The position numbers were made by a program, and so were the translations under genes. The notes below the pieces were generated by a model, which did not search any database, had not been told where the DNA came from, and worked only from the letters and a program-made list of their open reading frames with translations. Shown here piece after piece: positions 52,341-60,285 of a stretch of DNA of 64,000 nt (position 1 is its first letter; every line of letters starts with the position of its first letter). Source of the DNA: a virus; IMG/VR virus record IMGVR_UViG_3300045988_132388, one strand, 5' to 3'.

Positions 52341-52655
52341 TCACCTCTTCTTTACCTTCTTCTCTGAAAGAGAGACTGCCTGTTTCTTCTTCAACCAGGG
52401 ATAGAGCCAATACCCCTCATAGGGCTGTTGAGCTCTAATGATAGCATATTCTTCGTTATGCTGAAACAAATCGCTTGGAATCTTCTCTATCACCTTCCCT
52501 TCCAGCTCGAAATAATGCGTCACCCTGCACTCCTTCAGGAGTTCATAAAACGGATCGTCGAAATAATCGGCGAAGATATGCTCCTGAGTGTCAAGATTCA
52601 GAAACTCAAACGAGCAAAAAGGGGCGTCAAAGAAGGCTTTTAGTATTTTGTACAT
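52341..52655 (-). CDS. hypothetical protein
   Basis: 104-aa ORF. Confidence 0.6.
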   Translation of the reverse strand: MYKILKAFFDAPFCSFEFLNLDTQEHIFADYFDDPFYELLKECRVTHYFELEGKVIEKIPSDLFQHNEEYAIIRAQQPYEGYWLYPWLKKKQAVSLSEKKVKKR

Positions 52656-52689
52656 TGCTCTTACATTAATGAAAATTATTATTCATTCC

Positions 52690-52713
52690 TCTGCGCATTC
52701 TGCGTATTCTGCG
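52690..52713. repeat. three TCTGCG boxes at 9-bp spacing
   Basis: Boxes lie at 52690-52695, 52699-52704 and 52708-52713, between the ligase stop and the next gene start. Confidence 0.5.
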
Positions 52714-52717
52714 GTTA

Positions 52718-54247
52718 TTATTTACTGAACGCACCTCCAAGAAGCGGTAGCAAGAAAACTCCTGCACCAAGCAGTGAGAACAGCAATACACATGCGGCTG
52801 CAATCAGCAGGGCTGCCAACGCATAGGTCAGAATTTTCTGGGCGCTGAAAGGAGAACTTTTCGACATCAACACGGTGCCATCGTTGTTTACTCGCAGCGT
52901 CGGCTCGCCTACCTGCGGATAGTTACGCTTGCGCTTCGGCTTCGGCTGGGGTATAGGTTCCGACTCTACTTCTAACTCTACATCCGACTTTGCTTCCGGC
53001 TCCTTACTCTGATTGAAATCCTGCTCTATAACGTGAGGCTCCGGATGATGAACAATACCCGATTCTTCCTCCACCTTACCATCCACACACACGATAACGT
53101 CGCCGTGCAAGCTGACCTCTATCTTGCAGCCCGGCACAAGGTCCTTTTGGTTGAAGGTCTTTTCGCTTCCGCAGTTGGCATGGGCAAAGCAGTGACCGTT
53201 CATCTCCACTTCGTCGAAGTCGGCTACATACGTCACCTTGCCAGTCTTCTCGCCTACCGTGGTATGATGGCCGCGATAAGTGGTAACAGCCTTGAATACG
53301 GGACGAAACTTAAACGCGCAGTTATATTTAGCGTCATGGTCGGTCTGTCCGATGCGGTCGTAATAGTCGTAGTTGTCAAACTTGAATACGAGTCCGTCGG
53401 TAGGGTAGGGCAGCTTCTCGCGCTTCACCTCGGCAGCACACACGACGTTCTCGATGTCCTGCTCCAGCTCGGCATCCGTCTTTTCGAGATTGAGAGCCGA
53501 CACGAAGCCCGAAGTCTTAAAGCCGTTACGCTCCAAGGCTTGCATCGCCGGCATGTGTCTTGTCACTCCATCCATGATAAGACGGAAGGGATGAAACTCC
53601 AGACGCTTGCACTCGTCCTTTACAGCCACCTTCTTGGACATGATGCCGTTGCTCGTAGAACGGGGTGATTTGCCAGCCTTGCTATAACGGACAAACTCCT
53701 CAAGCGAGATAATAACCTCACCTCTCACCTCCACTCGGTCGTACTGGCTCCATGTGTCCACATGGGCAGGGACACCCTGCACATGCTTTATATGGTCCAG
53801 GCAGTCGTTGCCAAACAGCTCCTTGCCATGCCCATAGGTGGCTTCTGCCAACACTCCCTGGCGATATACTAAGCTCACGGTCTCGCCGTCAAACTTCCAT
53901 TCTACAGCTACCTCCGTGCCCTTGCTGCTGATGTTTGCGGCTCTCTGCTGCGCTCTCAGGTATTTCACCACCGCCTTGGCATCATGCAACTTCTTCATGG
54001 AGAGGCATGCCGTGCGACGTGCCACGGTACGCTTGCCGTTGCCGTTCTCGCTGTAGCACTGCTGAGTAGGAGAGTCGGGCAATATCTCGTCCGCGTGCTG
54101 CTCTTCGTACTCCTGCAAGGCAAAGTACATCGCGTCGTATTCCTCGTCGCTGATGGTCGGACAGTTCAGCCCGAAGTATCTATAGTCGTGCATCTTCACC
54201 ACGTCCACCAACGCACGATAATCGTCAAAATCCTTAATCTTAGCCAT
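52718..54247 (-). CDS. ligA: NAD-dependent DNA ligase homologue, truncated, with a C-terminal hydrophobic tail
   Basis: 509 aa. It has the LigA Ia region (DYRYFGLNCPTISDEEYDAMY...LPDSPTQ) and adenylation motif VEWKFDGETV. No HhH or BRCT-length region is present. The protein ends ...ILTYALAALLIAAACVLLFSLLGAGVFLLPLLGGAFSK. Confidence 0.8.
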   Translation of the reverse strand: MAKIKDFDDYRALVDVVKMHDYRYFGLNCPTISDEEYDAMYFALQEYEEQHADEILPDSPTQQCYSENGNGKRTVARRTACLSMKKLHDAKAVVKYLRAQQRAANISSKGTEVAVEWKFDGETVSLVYRQGVLAEATYGHGKELFGNDCLDHIKHVQGVPAHVDTWSQYDRVEVRGEVIISLEEFVRYSKAGKSPRSTSNGIMSKKVAVKDECKRLEFHPFRLIMDGVTRHMPAMQALERNGFKTSGFVSALNLEKTDAELEQDIENVVCAAEVKREKLPYPTDGLVFKFDNYDYYDRIGQTDHDAKYNCAFKFRPVFKAVTTYRGHHTTVGEKTGKVTYVADFDEVEMNGHCFAHANCGSEKTFNQKDLVPGCKIEVSLHGDVIVCVDGKVEEESGIVHHPEPHVIEQDFNQSKEPEAKSDVELEVESEPIPQPKPKRKRNYPQVGEPTLRVNNDGTVLMSKSSPFSAQKILTYALAALLIAAACVLLFSLLGAGVFLLPLLGGAFSK

Positions 54248-54282
54248 ATTCTATAAAGTATTTAAAATGTTATTATTTATTT

Positions 54283-54843
54283 TCACTTCTCTACTTGCGC
54301 CAATACGCCTACGACCCGTGCTTTGTCGTCGATGTACCTATTAACCAGACAATAGTCGCCTGTCTTCACCTGCTCGTAAGTAATACGCTTATAATCCCCG
54401 AAGCTTCCCGACGGTCTGTAATAACGTCGCTTACTTTCGTCTTCAGGGCATTCTGACGGTGAACTAATAACAAGGGAGCCAATGTTATTGCGGAAAACGC
54501 CATCTTTCCACGTTCCTTCCTTGTAAACATGGTAAGTCTCAGGCTCTTTTACCTCCGACAATATCATGTCGCGAGCCTTCAATCCTAAGTCAGCATAAGG
54601 CTCGGTAAGGTCTACCTCAAAATCAAAGCAGGTTGCAGCGCGAAGAATGCACATCGCATAATCTGTCACAGCACCCTTGCCTCCGCTCGTAACGCGCACA
54701 CAGCGCATGGTCTCCGTGATATACTGGCCGCCTCCGTGCTGGATGATCCACTCATGCACATCGTCGGCTACGATATACCGCCGTGTCCTGCCCTCCATGG
54801 CAGGGCGACCGGCTCTTGTATTTTCAGTCTTTATAATTTCCAT
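54283..54843 (-). CDS. hypothetical protein
   Basis: 186-aa ORF. Confidence 0.65.
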   Translation of the reverse strand: MEIIKTENTRAGRPAMEGRTRRYIVADDVHEWIIQHGGGQYITETMRCVRVTSGGKGAVTDYAMCILRAATCFDFEVDLTEPYADLGLKARDMILSEVKEPETYHVYKEGTWKDGVFRNNIGSLVISSPSECPEDESKRRYYRPSGSFGDYKRITYEQVKTGDYCLVNRYIDDKARVVGVLAQVEK

Positions 54844-54855
54844 ATTTCCGTCGTT

Positions 54856-55506
54856 TTAATCCTCGTCTATAATACCGTTGTATGTAGCCTCTTTCACTTT
54901 CAGCTCCGCAGGCAGCCATGCAGGCCACCAGGTAACATCTAACGCCCATTGGTGCATATCGCAACCCTCTGTACGATAACTCCAAAACACGTGCAAGATA
55001 CTGAACACTTCCCAAGCCTCGCTGTCGGTCAGCTCCGACAACACGCCTCTCAGATTCTCCTCTTCGGCTTTCGTCATATCCACACTTTTCTCCATCTCCA
55101 ACCAGTCGCACACCTCGGCATACAACATACAAGCAGCGTGCACCGAGTCCACATCCGTCAACAGCAGACTGTTTGTAGCCGCAGCCATAGCGAGCCAGTA
55201 GTTTTCATTGCTCAACTTCCAAATAGCAGAGCGACGATCGTCCCAGTCATCACACAATGCTACCTCTGCATGATTCTCTGCCATCCAGTCGCCTATCTCT
55301 CGCATGATACATGCCATTCCCGACGCATCGGAAGGGTCGAAGTCGGCGGGGATTTTTACCTCCTGACTTTCATTAAACAAACCTTCGCGAAACTCAATCG
55401 CGATGCCACTCTCATTGTCCTTCACCGTCCACATCAGATTCTTGCCCGATGTCAACTCAAATCTTTCTTTTGCCATAATATTTCTTTTTATTTTTTTACT
55501 TTTCAA
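54856..55506 (-). CDS. hypothetical protein
   Basis: 216-aa ORF overlapping the upstream HTH gene by 11 nt. Confidence 0.65.
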   Translation of the reverse strand: MKSKKIKRNIMAKERFELTSGKNLMWTVKDNESGIAIEFREGLFNESQEVKIPADFDPSDASGMACIMREIGDWMAENHAEVALCDDWDDRRSAIWKLSNENYWLAMAAATNSLLLTDVDSVHAACMLYAEVCDWLEMEKSVDMTKAEEENLRGVLSELTDSEAWEVFSILHVFWSYRTEGCDMHQWALDVTWWPAWLPAELKVKEATYNGIIDED

Positions 55507-55720
55507 TCATTTTCAGTTCCGCGCCTAACGCTCCTGCAATCTTGTTGAGAACGTCGATATTAACGGCATACTTGCCGGCTTCCACACTGCGGACGTTGGC
55601 AGGAGTGATACCCGCGATCTGGGCGAGCTGCTCCTGCTCCCAACCCTGGGCGGTGCGCATCGCACGGATGCTCTCGCCCATGGCCTTACGCTTGTCATAA
55701 ATTATTTGGTCTTTTTCCAT
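55496..55720 (-). CDS. XRE/Cro-type HTH regulator
   Basis: 74 aa. IRAMRTAQGWEQEQLAQIAGITPANVRSVEAGKYAVNIDVLNKIAGALG is a classic HTH_3 pattern. Confidence 0.85.
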   Translation of the reverse strand: MEKDQIIYDKRKAMGESIRAMRTAQGWEQEQLAQIAGITPANVRSVEAGKYAVNIDVLNKIAGALGAELKMIEK

Positions 55721-55739
55721 ATTGTCTATAATAAATCAA

Positions 55740-56519
55740 TTATTTGTCGTTCTTTTCTGCCTCCTCCAGCTTCATGTATATCAGCGTGTACTTGTCGTAA
55801 TACTGACGCGGTGCAGCCGAAGAGTAATATGTGTTCCGGCTCTCCTTGATGCAGGGAGCTGCATCCACAATACGCTTGCCGAAGCCCTGAATGGCGTGAG
55901 TCTTGCCGATGATGGAGATACCAGACAGGTATGCTTCGCGCACCTTCACGGCAAAACGATGTAAAGCGGCTTTACTATTCTTCTCCTCCTTCATCACCTT
56001 TGCCAACACCTTCAGATGGTCGGTCGTTCGTGCTTTCGTGCGCAGCTCCACCGTGCCCTTCTTCTTATAGTTGATGCAAACGGCATACTCACCAGGCTTC
56101 AGTTGTTCCAGGTGCTCCTCCAGTTGGTCGTACCGCTGCAGCACTTCAATAGGCTTGACAATCACGCTGTCCTTTGTGCCGGCAAGTGCAGCCCTGATTT
56201 CCCGGGCTTCCTGTAAAGCCTTTGCTTTCGCTTCTGCTTCCGCTTTCAGGCGCTGCTCCTCACGCTCTCGCTGTGCTGTCTCCTCGGCTATCTCGCGATC
56301 CACGGAAGCGCGTATCTCAGCAACATCGTTGCCCATGTCCCTGCAAGCTGCCCAAAGACCGCCGCCGAACGTTTTATGGCTGTTGATTAGTCTTTTTTCA
56401 TTGTCACACCTACTGCCATCCATCCGAGTGACACGCAGCCTCCCCGTCTGCTCGTCTCGATATACAAGCAAATATGTGGAACGCAGTTTCTTCGACTTCC
56501 AAACTCTGATTTTTTCCAT
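55740..56519 (-). CDS. hypothetical protein with a central coiled coil
   Basis: 259-aa ORF. Confidence 0.65.
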   Translation of the reverse strand: MEKIRVWKSKKLRSTYLLVYRDEQTGRLRVTRMDGSRCDNEKRLINSHKTFGGGLWAACRDMGNDVAEIRASVDREIAEETAQREREEQRLKAEAEAKAKALQEAREIRAALAGTKDSVIVKPIEVLQRYDQLEEHLEQLKPGEYAVCINYKKKGTVELRTKARTTDHLKVLAKVMKEEKNSKAALHRFAVKVREAYLSGISIIGKTHAIQGFGKRIVDAAPCIKESRNTYYSSAAPRQYYDKYTLIYMKLEEAEKNDK

Positions 56520-56531
56520 AATTCTCTGTGA

Positions 56532-56891
56532 TTATAAATGCACACTATAATAAGGCAATGCTTCAAATACTTCGCGCTCTATAACGTGATAGTATTGCGA
56601 TTCATCCTCTGGCTCAATTCCGAGCAAATCGAAGCAGTCGCCAGACTCATTAGGTTCAGCCTTGATATACTGGCGTATGCTATACCATGATGATCCGTTT
56701 ATGTTGTCGAGCAACATCTGACGTGTAGCCTCGGTATCACCACCACCAAGGAAGTATTGTGCCTTCTTGCTCTTGAATACGAAATCGGCTGTAAGCTCTC
56801 TTGTCGCAAACAGGTAACGCTTGCCATTCTTGACGGAATAATTATCGTCTGTCAAATCGTGAGGATTTCTTTCTACTTCGTAAATTTTCAT
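56532..56891 (-). CDS. hypothetical protein
   Basis: 119-aa ORF. Confidence 0.6.
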   Translation of the reverse strand: MKIYEVERNPHDLTDDNYSVKNGKRYLFATRELTADFVFKSKKAQYFLGGGDTEATRQMLLDNINGSSWYSIRQYIKAEPNESGDCFDLLGIEPEDESQYYHVIEREVFEALPYYSVHL

Positions 56892-56911
56892 ATCGTTTCC
56901 GCTTTACAGAA

Positions 56912-57316
56912 TTACCTGTTCTCTTTATATATATTCGCCTGGTCTTCAATGGCCTTCTTCAATGTCCAGTCAGACTTCGGATAAACGCCATCACTAAGGC
57001 CGGCATTAAAATTCACGTAGAAGTCTTCTCTGTCCTCTCTTACTGTAATGGTCCTACCATCATACTCAATATCCTGTCCATCATTATCGCAGACTTCCCA
57101 TCCTTCAGAGGTATAAGACAAAATCTTATCGCCGTCAGTAACATAATCTTCGTCGTCATACTCTATGTCATCAGAATCATCCGTATAAAGCCAATACGTA
57201 CTATCCTCGCATATTTCACGCACAAGTCCGCAGCAATCGTCTTCAGGATTCTTCTCACAATATTCTGTCAAAAACTCTTTCAAGTCGTCTAATGTCTTAA
57301 TGTCTGATTTTTTCAT
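56912..57316 (-). CDS. highly acidic small protein
   Basis: 134 aa, very rich in Asp/Glu (DDSDDIEYDDEDYVTDGD...). Confidence 0.65.
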   Translation of the reverse strand: MKKSDIKTLDDLKEFLTEYCEKNPEDDCCGLVREICEDSTYWLYTDDSDDIEYDDEDYVTDGDKILSYTSEGWEVCDNDGQDIEYDGRTITVREDREDFYVNFNAGLSDGVYPKSDWTLKKAIEDQANIYKENR

Positions 57317-57348
57317 ATTGCTATACGTTTTTAGTTTTATATTTTAAT

Positions 57349-57831
57349 TTATCTCAATTCTTCGTCATAAATATACGACACATCATGCCACTCGCGGCAG
57401 AAATAGCCGCGCTTGCCGTATTCGTAGGCGAAGGAGAAGATACGAGACACGTCCCAGCAATCATCGTCAAGCTGTAATTTTTTCTTTGCTGCCATAAACT
57501 CCTCGCAGTCCGTGACTTCCTGGGCTGTACCGTTGTTGAATTTCGCTGCATAGCGCAGCGCGGTTTCCTCATCGTCAATCATCTCGCAATCTCCATCTGT
57601 CACCACCCAGGTAGTAGGCAGGGTGTACCAAGGGAACTGCTTCGCGTTCTCCTCTTCGATATAGGCAGCCATGCGGTCTGCCACTTCGTCTATGTCGCCG
57701 TAGAAGTCTCCACACGCCGAATCATCCAATACGACATAATCGCCGTATGTCAAAATAAAACAGTTAGAATCATCCAAACTTTCGCGAACTTCAAAATCTC
57801 TTCCGTTTAATGTGATTTCCTTGATTTTCAT
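57349..57831 (-). CDS. acidic small protein
   Basis: 160 aa. It is the first gene downstream of a TAnnTTTG box. Confidence 0.65.
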   Translation of the reverse strand: MKIKEITLNGRDFEVRESLDDSNCFILTYGDYVVLDDSACGDFYGDIDEVADRMAAYIEEENAKQFPWYTLPTTWVVTDGDCEMIDDEETALRYAAKFNNGTAQEVTDCEEFMAAKKKLQLDDDCWDVSRIFSFAYEYGKRGYFCREWHDVSYIYDEELR

Positions 57832-57899
57832 AATTTTTCTGCCGCTTATAGGTTGCCGCCCTGTTTAAGTTAGAAATAATGTTTTTTCTTTATCTGTTG

Positions 57900-57907
57900 C
57901 AAAGGTA
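57900..57907 (-). promoter_or_regulatory. Bacteroidota-type -7 promoter box (TACCTTTG on the minus strand)
   Basis: The plus strand reads CAAAGGTA. The box is about 70 nt upstream of the ATG at 57831. Confidence 0.45.
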
Positions 57908-58080
57908 GTGATAATTTTTGAAACTACCAAATAAAAAGCCGTTTTATTTCAAGTAAAATGTACTTTTATTGTTTTTCTACCTTTTTACACCGGATTCCCC
58001 ATATCTTCTGCGTCATCTGATGTTTTTTTAACAACAAATATCACATATTAGTGCGATTAGTGTCATTCGTTGTTTTCTCA

Positions 58081-58250
58081 TTGTCGCCCATCCAGGAGCT
58101 CGAACCTGGCGCCACGCCTTGCCGTGGTGGGCGTTGCGCTGTGGCTATCCTCACGGACCGCCAGCAGCTAAAAAAATACTCTGAGTATCATTATGCAAGA
58201 TCCCGCCGAAGGAGTCGAACCGTCGCAAAGGCCGTGCCGGACGCGGGATG
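58081..58250 (-). ncRNA. structured RNA element, copy 1 (two T-arm-like minihelices plus a GNRA hairpin)
   Basis: The minus sense reads ATCCCGC...GACGG-TTCGACT-CCTTC-G-GCGGGAT, then a U-run. Next comes the hairpin GCTGCTGGCGGTCC-GTGA-GGATAGCCACAGC. It ends with CGCCCA-CCACG-GCAAGG-CGTGG-CG-CCAGG-TTCGAGCT-CCTGG-A-TGGGCG. A second copy lies at 59591-59757. Confidence 0.55.
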
Positions 58251-58259
58251 GGGTGCGTT

Positions 58260-58439
58260 TTAGAACGTCTGACGGAGGCAAGAGAACAGTACATCAAGTC
58301 CTGAGTTGTACTCTATACGCTCCTTGCTGCTGAACTCGTCGAGGTTGGGAGGTGTCAGGGTGATGTACTCGATAATGCGTGTCATTGCCTCACGGAGGCT
58401 CTCTTTATCCATATCTATTGTTATAACTGTCTTTTCCAT
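58260..58439 (-). CDS. small hypothetical protein (59 aa)
   Basis: Hand-translated MEKTVITIDMDKESLREAMTRIIEYITLTPPNLDEFSSKERIEYNSGLDVLFSCLRQTF. The stop abuts RNA element copy 1. Confidence 0.45.
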   Translation of the reverse strand: MEKTVITIDMDKESLREAMTRIIEYITLTPPNLDEFSSKERIEYNSGLDVLFSCLRQTF

Positions 58440-58465
58440 TGTTGTTTTAATTTTTATTTATATCG

Positions 58466-58594
58466 TTATTTGTTCGTAAATGCTCCTCCCAACAGAGGGA
58501 GGAAGAAAACGGCTGCTCCTAACAAGGAAAACAGCACTACACACACGCTGGCTATCACCAAGGCTGCGATGATATAGGTTAACGCCTTCTTCAT
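58466..58594 (-). CDS. 42-aa membrane micropeptide paralogous to the ligase C-terminal tail
   Basis: Hand-translated MKKALTYIIAALVIASVCVVLFSLLGAAVFFLPLLGGAFTNK. Its ATG overlaps the upstream stop (ATGA). About three quarters of residues are identical to the last 37 residues of the ligase, while the DNA is clearly diverged. Confidence 0.55.
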   Translation of the reverse strand: MKKALTYIIAALVIASVCVVLFSLLGAAVFFLPLLGGAFTNK

Positions 58595-59220
58595 CTGAGG
58601 AAATGATTACCCTCCAGCTTCGCCATCGTCTCCAGATATACCATCTGCGAGGTATAGTAACAGAGATTTGTGTATGTAGTTATCCAGTTGTTATATTCTT
58701 TTTTCACTCGGTCGCTACGGTTTGAAAGGTCGAAGAGTCTCTTCCAACGCTGATAAATCTCGTCTGTATAGTCTCTCAGCGGTCTGAGAGACGTTTCCAA
58801 GTCGCAAGGCTTAGAGTATACGGGTGCCGGATAAGTAATCTCACCACTTGCCACCTTGTGAAATACTTGGCGGTAGACCTCGAACACTGCGCGAACCTTA
58901 CGAGCGATGAAAAACTCAAGGCAAGGGACGGAGAGCATGTAGATGTTAGTCGGGCGACCTCCTTGAGGTTTTGCGCATCTTTGCGGAAAACTATCAGAGT
59001 TTTCCGCATTTCTGCGTAAAACTTGATAATCAATGTCTTCGACAAACAATCTGTCGTTTTTCAAGGCTCTCACTGCCTCTTCTTTTCTGCCGAATACTAA
59101 CGGCCACACATCATCGAGATTAACGGGAAATTCCTCGCTGTCTCTTGTCAATCTTAATACTTCCTCGAAGTACGCCTTAATCTCTTGATCGGTACTTTGT
59201 TTTGTTAATTGTAAAATCAT
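58591..59220 (-). CDS. hypothetical protein (possible AntA/Bro-type DNA-binding N-terminus)
   Basis: 209-aa ORF. FPVNLDDVWPLVFGRKEEAVRAL...GGRPTNIYMLSVPCLEFFIARK is loosely antirepressor-like, with low certainty. Confidence 0.6.
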   Translation of the reverse strand: MILQLTKQSTDQEIKAYFEEVLRLTRDSEEFPVNLDDVWPLVFGRKEEAVRALKNDRLFVEDIDYQVLRRNAENSDSFPQRCAKPQGGRPTNIYMLSVPCLEFFIARKVRAVFEVYRQVFHKVASGEITYPAPVYSKPCDLETSLRPLRDYTDEIYQRWKRLFDLSNRSDRVKKEYNNWITTYTNLCYYTSQMVYLETMAKLEGNHFLR

Positions 59221-59278
59221 ATTGTTTTGATAAAAAAAATGAAATCCTCAATATTTTATACACTATATAAAGAGGCGT

Positions 59279-59560
59279 TTACCACTTGATAGAAACTATC
59301 ATTGCCACGAACATTACCACCACGCCGAAGCCGAGGTATTGCCACCCCGTCATTATTACGGGGTCTTCCTGGTCGGTGAAGTTGTGGCGACTGTTGAGCC
59401 ACTGGCATACGCTCAGGGCTGCACGCTGTGCAAATCCGAAAGCTTTCGCCATGCACTGCAAAAGGAACACAAGACAAAGCGTCAGGCACTTGCAAAAAGA
59501 TCGTGCTACGTCCGCTGCGCTCACCTGGGGCGCGGTCGGTGTTGTTGCTGTTGCTTTCAT
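59279..59560 (-). CDS. small membrane protein
   Basis: 93 aa with two hydrophobic segments. Confidence 0.55.
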   Translation of the reverse strand: MKATATTPTAPQVSAADVARSFCKCLTLCLVFLLQCMAKAFGFAQRAALSVCQWLNSRHNFTDQEDPVIMTGWQYLGFGVVVMFVAMIVSIKW

Positions 59561-59590
59561 ATCTTTCTAATTTTTATAGGGTTTATAATA

Positions 59591-59757
59591 TTGTCGCCCA
59601 CCCAGGAGCTCGAACCTGGTGCCACGCCTTGCCGTGGTGGGCGTTGCGCTGTGGCTATCTTCACAGACTGCCAGCAGCAAAAAAATACTCTGATTATGAT
59701 TATGCAAGATCCCGCCGATGGGGTCGAACCATCGTAGAGCCATGCCGGGCGCGGGAG
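59591..59757 (-). ncRNA. structured RNA element, copy 2
   Basis: It has the same architecture as copy 1. It shows a compensatory change in the hairpin (GTCT-GTGA-AGAT), a perfect T-like stem (GATGG-TTCGACC-CCATC) and a 7-bp closing stem (CGCCCAC/GTGGGCG). Confidence 0.55.
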
Positions 59758-59771
59758 AAGAAGAGGTGGGG

Positions 59772-59954
59772 TTATCGTTGTACACTCAATTCTACGGTTT
59801 CGCATTGACGAATACACTTCTTCCTGAACTTGCAGCGACTATGCTTCTTCAGGTATCTCAGCTCCTGGTCGGCTTCTTTTTCTGTATACTCTATTCCGTT
59901 GTACTCACGCCAATCACCTTCAATAAAGGCGTAAATGCTATAAAATTTTGTCAT
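59772..59954 (-). CDS. small hypothetical protein
   Basis: 60-aa ORF behind the cassette motif. The stop abuts RNA element copy 2. Confidence 0.5.
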   Translation of the reverse strand: MTKFYSIYAFIEGDWREYNGIEYTEKEADQELRYLKKHSRCKFRKKCIRQCETVELSVQR

Positions 59955-59976
59955 AATTCCGTCGTTTTTTAAAGGT

Positions 59977-59990
59977 TCTATAATATAGGG
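59977..59990 (-). promoter_or_regulatory. cassette motif TCTATAATATAGGG (minus sense CCCTATATTATAGA), copy 1
   Basis: 22 nt upstream of the ATG at 59954. Confidence 0.5.
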
Positions 59991-59996
59991 ATGCTT

Positions 59997-60269
59997 CTAA
60001 GATATTTCATACTTGCCAACCTTCACGGCATAGCCGATGTATGTCAGCTTTGTGCGCCCGAAGGCTCTCACGTCGCTATACCATGGCGTGTAAGTCAGGA
60101 ATATGCTGTCATCCTTCAAGGTACAGCCGTGTATGTCACAGCTTACACAATGACCTTGCTGCTTGTGCTTTATATAAGCGGCCTTCGCCTCTCGTAATGT
60201 TTTATAACATTCGCCGCCGAATTTATACGGTTCATAAACGCCAAACTTATAATAATCTATTCTTATCAT
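59997..60269 (-). CDS. hypothetical protein
   Basis: 90-aa ORF. Confidence 0.55.
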   Translation of the reverse strand: MIRIDYYKFGVYEPYKFGGECYKTLREAKAAYIKHKQQGHCVSCDIHGCTLKDDSIFLTYTPWYSDVRAFGRTKLTYIGYAVKVGKYEIS

Positions 60270-60285
60270 AAAATTCTAATAAAAG

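Noticed and set aside
58138-58168. Resemblance of the GGUCC-GNRA-GGA(U)AGCC hairpin to SRP RNA helix 8
   Set aside because: The similarity is only superficial and recalled from memory. The flanking architecture, the two copies and the T-arm modules do not fit an SRP RNA, so it is not claimed.
58051-58263. Plus-strand ORFs spanning the duplicated elements (58051..58263; 59339..59737; 59428..59808) as a conserved small protein
   Set aside because: The shared peptide (SP(I/T)QELEPGATPCRGGRCAVAI...) only mirrors nucleotide identity. Differences between the copies are mostly non-synonymous. An indel in the A-run shifts the frame, and the stems show compensatory changes. RNA structure explains the conservation better.
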